Assembly: GCA_044344255.1 (NCBI GenBank)
Contig: JBIJDH010000005.1
Span: forward strand, 96,001 to 160,000
Reading direction: 5' to 3'
Source of the DNA: Myxococcota bacterium
GTDB lineage: Bacteria > Myxococcota_A > UBA796 > UBA2385
Length of the DNA stretch: 64,000 nucleotides
Position 1 is the stretch's first letter. The number at the start of each line of letters is the position of its first letter. The notes under the pieces are model-generated. The model saw only the letters and a list, made by a program, of their open reading frames with translations. It made no database searches and was not told the origin of the DNA. The position numbers were made by a program, and so were the translations under genes. This document shows positions 55,788 through 64,000 of this stretch, piece by piece.

Positions 55788-55831
55788 GATCTCGCGTTGA
55801 TCTCGCGTTGATCTCGCGTTGATCTCGCGTT
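55788..55831. repeat. 11-bp perfect tandem repeat (GATCTCGCGTT x4) in a divergent intergenic region
   Basis: Four exact copies at 55788, 55799, 55810 and 55821. Confidence 0.95.
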
Positions 55832-58800
55832 CATCTTCTGAAGCGGAGCTGAGCATCCCGGTCTCCCCTTCCGACCCCTCGCCTGACCTCGCCCCCAGGA
55901 CGCTGCGGGCCTGGCGCTGTCCGGCCTGTGGTGCGACCGCCTGGCTCCATCCGCCGATGGCCGCCGAGCCCCTGTGCTGCGCCCTCTGCCGAGCCTGCCT
56001 TCCGCCGGGCGCCGCGGCGACCGCCCGCTGGCTGTACCCGGCGCCGATGGGCGGCGCGGGCCGGGATGTCTCCCCGGCCGCCTCGCCGGCCGCCTCTCCG
56101 ACCCCAGCCACCGCGGCCACCCTTGATCCGGCGGCTGACCCCACCCTGAGCGTGGCCGCCGCGCCCGCCCGGCGGGTGATCGGTCGATACGCGCTGGAGT
56201 CGGAGCTCGGCCGCGGCGGAATGGGGGTGGTCTACGCGGCCCGCGACGGGGCCCTGGATCGAGCGCTCGCGCTCAAGGTGTTGATCGCCGGGGCCTACGC
56301 CTCCGAGGAGGCGCGCCACCGCTTCATCGCCGAGGCGCGCGCGGTGGCGGCGCTGAAGCACCCCTCGCTCGTGCCCGTGTTTGACATGGGCGAGTCGGAC
56401 GGGCTCCCCTGGTACGTGATGGAGCGTGTCCACGGGCCCACCCTCGATGACGTGATCCGAATCGGCGGCCCCCTCCCGGAGGCAGAGGCGATCCGTGTCA
56501 CGGCGCTCGTGAGTCGGGCCGTCCACCACGCCCACGAGACCGGCCTCGCCCACCGCGACATCAAGCCTGGCAACGTGCTGATGGAGGGGGATGGCCGCCC
56601 GCGGGTGACCGACTTTGGCCTCGTCCGCCCCCTCGACGGGCCGATGGGCGTCACCGCGACGCAGCAGGTGCTCGGCACGCCGGCCTATCTGGCGGGGGAG
56701 GTGGCCCGGGGAGAGTCGGACATCGACTGGCTGCGGGTGGATGTCTTTGGGCTCGGCGCCCTGCTCTATACCGCCCTGTCGGGCCGCCCCCCCGCGCTGG
56801 GCCGGAGCAGCGCGCAGGTGCTATCGGGGCCCCCTCGCCGTGTCGCTGCTCGGGCTGCTGACCGTGGCGGTCGCCATCGGCTGGTCGCCCACCCTCGCCT
56901 GGCTGGCCCGGCGCGAGCGGGAGGCGGGGGCCCGCGCGGCCTGGACGGCCATCCAGGCGATGCCCGAGGGAGATGTGCGGGCCGCCCAGGAGGTCGAGCT
57001 CGCCGGGAGCCCCGTCTGGCAGGGCACCGCGGCCGTCGCGGAGGCCTGGCTCTCGGTCGGTGACCGCCTCGCGGCGAAGCCGGAGGTCCGGGGCGAATAC
57101 TGCCCTCGCTCGGAGGCCCAGGTCGCCGCCTGGGCCCGCGCCCTCGTCGAGGCGCCCAACGACCGCCTGCGGGGGGACGCCCTCCGCCGCATCGCGCGCT
57201 TCAGCGCGGATCATGTGCGGATCGACGCGCTTGGGCAGGTCCTCCAGGCGATGCGGGGCCTGTCGTCGGGCTCGGTCTCTGCCGCGGATCGCGCCCCCCT
57301 CGCGCTCACCCACGCGCTCTACACCGGAGACGTTGACGCCGCAGGGCGCGCCTGGGACGAGGCGGTGGCGCTCCACAGCCCCGAGGCGTCCCTCTTCTCG
57401 GATCCCCGTCTGCGGCCTGCCTTCTTCGATGACGCCGAGCAGATCGAGCTCCGGGGTGAGGCTCTGACCCTGAACCTGCCGCTTGACCCCTCGCCGAGCG
57501 CCTTCACGGTGCGAAGCGGCGAGATGCTCAGCCTCGTCTCCCTGCTGCCCGACGTCCACCGTGTGGCCGGCCCCGTGCCCTGGCCCGCGGCCGCGCCCTC
57601 CTTCCCCATCTGGACCGCCGCGGGGCCCCGGCCTCGCCGCCCGAGCGAGACCTCTTGGTAGAACCAGATCTGCGACGTCGACGGGGACGGTGAGACCGAG
57701 CGGTATGTCGTGTGGGAGCGCGACCTCCTCCGCGTGGATGAGGCTCACCCCGACGGCGCCCCCATCATCCCGGAGCTCGGCCGCAGCAACTCGGAGCTGC
57801 GGCTCCACTGCGCCGACGTGGACGGGGACGGTCAGGACGAGCTGCTCGTGGGGCTCGGCGAGTGGAGGGGCTACGACCTGCGGGTCTATGAGGGTGGCCC
57901 GGAGGGCTACCACCTCCGCGCCCGCACCGGGCGCACGGCCACCACCGCCATCACCACGGTGCCCGACCCGGCCGGCCCGGGGCGCCTCATCGTGAGCCTC
58001 GAGGCGGACACACACTCGAACGCCAACCGGCATGGGCTCCACGATCCGGACGGCCCTCCCAGCGCCGTCCTCCTCCGTCGCCTGGAGGGGGACCGCCTAA
58101 AGGACCTTTGGGCTTGGCCCCTCCCGGGGGAGTTTGAGCGGGTGGGCGCCTTCGCCGCCGGAGACCTCGACGGGGATGGCGCGGAGGAGCTCGTCTTCGG
58201 GCTCTCCTCCGGCTCGCACTACCTGCTCTTCCTCGGCCGCCTCCGCGCGGACGCCGCGGGCTTCGCGTTCGGCGTCCACCCGGGGCTCTATCCGTACGCC
58301 CTGCAGCAGCTCGACGGGGACCCTGCGCCCGAGCTCATCGTCGGGCGCTTGCCCCCGGGCGAGACGGTGCCCACGGCCTCGGAGGTGCGGTGGATCCTCG
58401 GCCGCGGGGGCGCCGGCTTCCCCTCGCTCCCCCCCGCTCCCCCTGCCGCGGGGCTGGAGGTGCCCGCGCCGGACCTCCGCGGAGGCGCGGAGCGGGTGTG
58501 GCGGGACGCGGCCCTGCTCTTCGGCGCGGGCCTCCGGCAGAGCGCAGCCGAGCTGCTGCTCCGCTCGGCGACCGAGGCGCACGATCCGCTCCGCGCGACG
58601 GCGGCGGCCGATCTCTGGACGACGATGGGCCACGAGGCCGACGCGGCGCGGGCCGAGGAGCAGGGCGCCTGGAGCTCGCCCCCGGGGGACGCAGCGCCTC
58701 GCTGGCAGGCCGCGGTGGAGCGCTGGCTCCACGCCGCGGAGCCGGACGAGGCGCTCCGGGTGGCCGAGGCCTGGCGCGCCGCCGATGGGGCGGGGCCGAG

Positions 58801-60199
58801 CGGCGCCCTCGCCGACCGCCTCCAAGCCTGGTCGACGGCCCGCGCCTCCTCCTTGCGCCTGGAGCCGGGGGTGGCCCCCGGGGCGGACTGGGAGGTGGTC
58901 GAGCCGCTCGCCTTCGATCTGCGCGCCGGCCAGACCCACATCGACAGCCTCGGCGGCCAGCCCCGCCTCGCGGCCCTCTCCCTGCAGCCGACCGGCGGCC
59001 CGGTGGCCCTCTTCCTCGACCTCACCATCGAGCGCCTCGAGTGGAACAGCGCCTCGCGCGTGGGCTTCGGTGGGGGCCCCCTCCGCTCCGGCGTCACCTT
59101 CGGGGCCTCCGGGGCTGAGAAGGTCCACACCTTCCGGGCCTTCTTCGAGGGATGTGTGGGGGACGCCGAGCAGCCCTCCTCCATGAACCAGCACCTCACC
59201 CTCCCGCCAAGCCCGACCGCCGAGCGACCTGCCTTCCGCATGCGGGCCCGCTTCTCGTGGTCTCCAGGAGACGGCGTCTGGCGCTGCTCCATCGAGCTCC
59301 CCGATCTGGGGCAGGCCCACAGCGCGGCCCGCCCCCTGGCCCTGCCCGCCGCGCTCGACCTGAGCCTCGGGGACCTCCGCGAAGACACGGGTTCCTGGCA
59401 GCGCTTTCGGCTGGATCGGCTCGAGGTGTGGGGCGTCCGTGCGGCGCCGACGCGCGGAGACCCGCTCCAGGCCGCCCGTCAGGCCGCCCTCCGGGAGGAC
59501 CCCACCCGGGCGCTCGCGCTCCTCCCCTCGGACGCCGCCCTCGAGCGCGCGATCCTCCTCGGGAGGCTCCGCCGCCCGGCGGAGGCCATCGCGGCCTTTC
59601 GGGTGGCCCTCGAGACAGACCGCCCCACCCTGCTCCGGCGGGTCGCCTGGCTGCTGCGCGCCCACCGCGACACCTACTCCCCCCTCCTCCGAGCGGCGAG
59701 CGGCCCCGACTGGCCCACGCTCTTTGACGCCGCCTGGAACATCCCCGTGATCGGAAATCACCAGGCCCCCTGGATTGACGAGGCCCTCCGCACGGAGCTC
59801 GAAGCGGTGCCGCTCCCCGCCGTGGGAGGTGACCCCGCCTGGTTCGTCCTTTGCTACCGGGCCATGGCGCTGCTCCATGGCCCTGAGCCCGAGCGGGGCC
59901 GCGCCGCCGCCGCCGAGTGGCTCGCGGCCTTCGACCGCCTGTCGCCCGGCGTCGAGGCCCCGGAGCGTCGCCTCGCCTCCCTGCTCCACCGTGAGCTCGC
60001 CCTCGACGCCCTCACTCGGGGCGACCGCGCGACCGCCCAAGTCGAGGCAGACCGCGCGGTGGAGCGCTCTCCCACGCCCACCTTGGCGCCAGACTTCTTT
60101 CGCCTGTCGCCGGTCTGGCAAGCCGCGGGCCTCCCAGTCCCGGTGAGCCGCCCCGCCCCTGAGCCGGGCACTCCGAGCCCTCCGCCGTGGGCGGATTAG
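55819..60199 (+). pseudogene. Disrupted Zn-ribbon/Ser-Thr kinase/TM/FG-GAP(VCBS)/TPR-like gene: frameshift near 56824 and amber at 57659-57661
   Basis: CPAC...CALC, LGRGGMG, HRDIKPGN, DFG; kinase frame loses subdomains X-XI and a TM helix appears in another frame; after the TAG the same frame continues NQICDVDGDGETE into ORF 57710-60199. Confidence 0.75.
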
Positions 60200-60208
60200 G
60201 GGGGCCAC

Positions 60209-60925
60209 ATGCCCGACTTCCCCCTCGCCACGGCCCACGGTCCCTTCGTTGAGCTCTTTCCGGACGTGTTCGTCGTCCAGAGCGCGTTCACGATGGGCCC
60301 CCTGTTCAGCATCACACGCAACATGATCGTGCTGCGCGAGCACCGTGATCTCACGCTGGTCAACGCGGTTCGACTCAGTCCGGCGGGGGAGGAGGCGCTC
60401 CTCGGGCTCGGAGACGTGCGGCACCAGGTCAAGATCGGACACTTCCACACCCGCGACGACGCCTACGTCCGCGATCGGTTCGGCGGGACGTTCTGGGCGC
60501 CTGCACCTGCCGACCACACGACGCAGAGGCTCGTGGAGGGGGCGCCCGGTCCGCACAGCCGCGCGCGGGTGTTCGTGTTCGAACACACCGGGGCTCGAGA
60601 GGCCGCTTTGGTGCTCGACCAGGCCGAGGGGGGGCTGCTGGTCACCTGCGACAGCGTGCAGCACTGGCCGGACACGGAGGGCTGCTCCTTCCTCGGCGGC
60701 TTGGTGACCCGAGCGATGGGCTTCCTCAAGCCACCGGCGAAGATCGGACCGATCTGGGCGAAGCAGCTCACGGCAGGGAAGCCCTCCGTGCTCCGGCCGG
60801 ACTTCGATCGGCTGCTCTCGATGGGCTTCGCCCACCTGATCTCGGGACACGGCGCGCTCCTGCGGGATGTCGCGGCCCAGGAGCTCACCCGGAGCGTGGA
60901 TGTGACCTTCTCTGGGCGGCGATAG
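60209..60925 (+). CDS. Metallo-beta-lactamase-fold-like hypothetical protein (DUF4336-related)
   Basis: RNMIVLR, GHFHTRDD, LVTCDS, LISGHG. Confidence 0.7.
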   Translation: MPDFPLATAHGPFVELFPDVFVVQSAFTMGPLFSITRNMIVLREHRDLTLVNAVRLSPAGEEALLGLGDVRHQVKIGHFHTRDDAYVRDRFGGTFWAPAPADHTTQRLVEGAPGPHSRARVFVFEHTGAREAALVLDQAEGGLLVTCDSVQHWPDTEGCSFLGGLVTRAMGFLKPPAKIGPIWAKQLTAGKPSVLRPDFDRLLSMGFAHLISGHGALLRDVAAQELTRSVDVTFSGRR

Positions 60926-61166
60926 AGGCGGCGCCGCTCGAGGAGCGGCCGCCGCGGCGGCCTGCGTCCTCACGGCCGTTGATGTCCCCTGCAGCCCGCT
61001 CTGCGCCTACGCGACCCCCGCGGCCGACCCCTACGAGGAGCCGCTCGGCGACTGCGGGAGCGAGGCCACCGCGGCGACGGGGATGTGAGGCCGACGCAGA
61101 GCGCCGCCCTGTCCTGGGCCGACCGGGTGTGATCTGGACCGCGGCGTCCCGGCTTGCCGAGGAGGG

Positions 61167-62330
61167 TCAGGTGCTCGGTGGGGCCGCGCGGGTCGTCAGC
61201 GCCGCGCTCGAGAGGCCGATGAGGCCGAGCGCGGCCACCCCACCGGCGAGCAGCGGCCCGTACCGCAGCCCCAGGAGGCGCCCGAGGCCGACCAGCCCGA
61301 ACATCACGCCGAAGCCGAGCAGCGCGCTGTTGTTCCCGAGGTTGTTGAAGGCGCTGATCCAGGCGGCGCGCCCCTGCTCGGCCTCCCGGCTTACATGTTC
61401 GCGGAAGGCGAGCTGGAAGGCGGCGAAGGCGACGCCGAGCAGCGCGGTCACTGGAAACACCACCGCGGGCTGGGTCGCCAAGGGGGAGCCGAGCGAGAGC
61501 CCGACGCCGATCATCAGCGCGGGGGCCGGCAGCATCCACCCGAGGCCGAGGCCGCCGCGTAAGAGAGGCCCCGCCGCCACGGTGCTGACGATGGCCGCGC
61601 CGTAGGCGGTGGTCACGAGCAGGCCGCCAAAGGCGGCGGCGTCTGCGCGGTGGTGGAGGTCGGAGAGGGCGTAGACGATGTTGCTCGCGAGGAGGAAGTA
61701 GGCCGCGTAGATGATCACGGCGGCCCCCACCAGCACCCGCTCGCGACCGTGGAAGGGCTCGACGGGCCCCGCGACCGCAGGCGGCGGGGCGGGCGGCGCC
61801 GCGGCCACCGCCCAGGCCGATCCCAGGGAGAGGGCGCCGAGGACCGCGAGCCCGAGGCGCATCGCCGCGCCGCCCGCTGGAAAGAGGCCGAACCACAGGG
61901 GCCCGAGCCACATGCCGCCGAAGCGCAGCGCGGTGCCGACGCGGTCGTTCATCCGGCGGCCCGCGGGGCCGGCCAGGGCGGCCGCGCGCCGATCGATCTC
62001 CTGGCCGGCGAAGTTCGCCGCCCCGCGGATGAGCACGTGCAGCAGCATGTAGAGGGGGATCGACCCCACCGAGAAGCCCAGGCCGACGAGCACGGTCACG
62101 AAGGTGAGCAGCGCCGCCCCGACCGCGCCCGGGCGGCGCCCGAAGCCCCATCGCAGCGCGGCGCGGACCCCGGCGATCGAGGCGAGGGTGCCCAGCAGCA
62201 GGGTGGTGGCCAGCCAGAGCTGCTTGTCTTCCGGAGCGGTCCGCGCGAAGAAGGCCTGGGCCGCCACGTTGAGCAGGCCGGAGGTGACGAAAGAGAGGAA
62301 GAGTAACGCTATGTTACGGGCGGCGATCAT
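61167..62330 (-). CDS. MFS-like polytopic membrane protein
   Basis: About 12 hydrophobic segments in two halves separated by a Pro-rich linker. Confidence 0.65.
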   Translation of the reverse strand: MIAARNIALLFLSFVTSGLLNVAAQAFFARTAPEDKQLWLATTLLLGTLASIAGVRAALRWGFGRRPGAVGAALLTFVTVLVGLGFSVGSIPLYMLLHVLIRGAANFAGQEIDRRAAALAGPAGRRMNDRVGTALRFGGMWLGPLWFGLFPAGGAAMRLGLAVLGALSLGSAWAVAAAPPAPPPAVAGPVEPFHGRERVLVGAAVIIYAAYFLLASNIVYALSDLHHRADAAAFGGLLVTTAYGAAIVSTVAAGPLLRGGLGLGWMLPAPALMIGVGLSLGSPLATQPAVVFPVTALLGVAFAAFQLAFREHVSREAEQGRAAWISAFNNLGNNSALLGFGVMFGLVGLGRLLGLRYGPLLAGGVAALGLIGLSSAALTTRAAPPST

Positions 62331-62349
62331 CACGTCCGAGCGTTCCTGC

Positions 62350-63375
62350 TCATCGGCTCCACCAGAGCAGGGCGTGGGCGAAGAGGGGGGCCGTCAGCAG
62401 CAGGCTGTCGCAGCGGTCGAGGATCCCGCCCTGCCCGGGCAGCACGGAGCCCGTGTCTTTGACGCCGGCGTCTCGCTTCACGGCGGAGATCAGCAGGTCT
62501 CCCAGGAGCCCGAAGACGCTGATGCCGATCCCGATCAGCGCCGACAGGGCGGGGTGGAAGGGGCTCAGCCGCGACGAGATGGCCGCCGCGACCAGCCCGG
62601 TCACCAGGGCCCCGCCGATCAGGCCCTCCCAGGTCTTCTTCGGGCTCAGCACCGGAGAGAGCGTGTGGCGGCCGAAGAGCTTGCCGGAGACGTACTGCGC
62701 GGCGTCATTGGCCATCACGCAGAGGAGGAGCAGGGCGGCGAGGCCAGGCCCCCCGGCGGGGCCGACCCCAGCGGGGAGCTGGAAGATCCGCGCCACGTGG
62801 CTGAGGCCGAGCACGCAGAGCAGCACCCCGAGCTGGAGCCGCGGCACCGCCCCGAGCATCCCCTTGGGCCCCCGCAGGAAGGCGTGGGCGAGGGGCAGCG
62901 CCATGCCGATCCAGGCCGTGACCGCGGCGAAGAACAGGGTGGGGCCGCCGAAGGCGAGCGCCGCGTAGTGGATCGGCACCGCCGCGTAGGTCAGGGTGTC
63001 GGTGACCGGATGGCGGTCCTCTGCCGGGAGGAGGCCCATGTACTCGTGGAGGGTCCAGGCGCTCAAGGCGGCGAAGAGCCCGATCCCGGCGGGCGCCCCG
63101 ATCAACACCGTCGGGCCGCAGACCAGGGCGGGCGCCCACCAGGTGTTCACCGCCTGCCGGATGTTCCGAGCCTCGGGCCGCCGCAGGCGGGGGTGGAGCA
63201 GGGTGACCGCGCTGCAGGTGGCGATGAAGGCGTAGACGCTGAGCACCACGCCGAGTACGCCCGGGTCGAGAGACCGGCCGAGCGCCGGCGCCTCGCAGGC
63301 GCCGATGAGGGGCAGCAGCAGGGCGGCGACGAGGCGAGGATCGGGGAGCGCGCGGCGGTCGTTCGGGGTGTGCAT
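62350..63375 (-). CDS. Phosphatidate cytidylyltransferase family protein (CdsA/YnbB-like)
   Basis: NDAAQY..GKLFGRH, LSPKKTWEG, GDLLISAVKRDAGVKDTG..LPGQGGILDRCDS; start uncertain. Confidence 0.9.
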   Translation of the reverse strand: MHTPNDRRALPDPRLVAALLLPLIGACEAPALGRSLDPGVLGVVLSVYAFIATCSAVTLLHPRLRRPEARNIRQAVNTWWAPALVCGPTVLIGAPAGIGLFAALSAWTLHEYMGLLPAEDRHPVTDTLTYAAVPIHYAALAFGGPTLFFAAVTAWIGMALPLAHAFLRGPKGMLGAVPRLQLGVLLCVLGLSHVARIFQLPAGVGPAGGPGLAALLLLCVMANDAAQYVSGKLFGRHTLSPVLSPKKTWEGLIGGALVTGLVAAAISSRLSPFHPALSALIGIGISVFGLLGDLLISAVKRDAGVKDTGSVLPGQGGILDRCDSLLLTAPLFAHALLWWSR

Positions 63376-63532
63376 CGGCGGGGCTGCGGGCGCGGGGCGG
63401 CGAGGGGTGACTTGGGGTGCAGGACCGGCGGGGTGAGCGCGGCGGCGCCGACCTATCGCCGAGGCGCGCCGCGCGCCGCGCCGCCTCGCCCGGCGCGCGG
63501 CGTTAACGGTCGCGCCTGGAGCCTCGACCGTC

Positions 63533-64000
63533 ATGCCCGCCCCCGCTCGCCCCGCCCCCGCTCGGCCCGCCCCTGCTCGCCCCTCGCCGACCCCAACGCT
63601 CCGCTCGCTCCCGCTGTCCGCGCTCAAGCTCCGGGGCGAGCGCGCGCTGCGGTCGATCGGCCTCTATGAAGACCTCAAGCGCCTCCTCATCGAGGACGAC
63701 TTTCGCTTCCGCGTCCCCGAGGTGGGCTCCGTCCACGCCACCGCCGACCGCGTGCTCTTCCTCAACCTCACCTTCTGGGGGGCCGGCGAGGCCAGCGACG
63801 TGCTCGTCGAACCGGTCCTCGACGCCGACGTGCTCACCCACGCCGCCTGGCACCACGCCGCCCGGAGGGCCCTCGCCGACGGGGCCACCCCCTCCGCGGC
63901 GGCCCTCTTCCTCGGCGAGGCGGTCGCCAGCGCCTTTGACGCCTACCTCGTCGGCCAGCTCCTCCGTCAGGGGAAGCAGACGGACTTCCTCAAGACCCAG
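63533..64000 (+). CDS. Partial conserved hypothetical protein (not in the ORF track; runs off the window)
   Basis: Hand translation open to the window end: MPAPARPAPARPAPAR...LYEDLKR...DRVLFLNLTFW...DVLTHAAWHH...LFLGEAVASAFDAYLVG. Confidence 0.7.
   Translation, partial: MPAPARPAPARPAPARPSPTPTLRSLPLSALKLRGERALRSIGLYEDLKRLLIEDDFRFRVPEVGSVHATADRVLFLNLTFWGAGEASDVLVEPVLDADVLTHAAWHHAARRALADGATPSAAALFLGEAVASAFDAYLVGQLLRQGKQTDFLKTQ

Noticed and set aside
41008..57661. Stop-codon reassignment suggested by the in-frame TAA (41008) and TAG (57659)
   Set aside because: TAA ends the pirin gene, and TAG ends the helicase, DJ-1, PAP2 and other genes at their expected C-termini. The kinase gene also has an independent frameshift.
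1..64000. tRNA, rRNA, IS elements or prophage genes
   Set aside because: No recognisable signatures by eye; the intergenic gaps are short. A covariance-model search would be needed to exclude small RNAs.

Overview
This is a very GC-rich bacterial window, most likely from a Myxococcota-like organism (MYXO-CTERM tails, a GltC-like TPR protein, many lipoproteins and Hanks kinases). I saw no rRNA, tRNA, CRISPR array or transposase. Contents in order: (i) two tandem giant surface proteins (integrin-like FG-GAP propellers, Cys/Asp-rich 74-aa stalk repeats, N-terminal lipobox and C-terminal MYXO-CTERM). (ii) A co-oriented 7-gene cluster (17.0-24.5 kb) that joins UDP-sulfoquinovose synthase (SqdB-like) to a cysteine dioxygenase, a class-V PLP lyase, a DPM1-like GT2, a flippase-like protein and a GT-C. 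This is the best candidate for an undescribed system: cysteine-derived sulfite feeding lipid-carrier-dependent, extracytoplasmic sulfoquinovosylation. (iii) Envelope and lipid genes (VWA, CotH/LTD, LBP/BPI-like, PAP2, LTA-synthase-like, GT39). (iv) Housekeeping and stress genes, including a ferritin-like gene broken by an ochre codon. (v) A secreted GltC-like TPR protein whose C-terminal domain resembles bacterial gasdermins. (vi) A translationally coupled FHA-regulator operon carrying a VHL beta-domain lipoprotein, divergent from a doubly disrupted kinase/FG-GAP gene, with an 11-bp tandem repeat between them. All family calls are from motif recognition by eye; no database searches were run.
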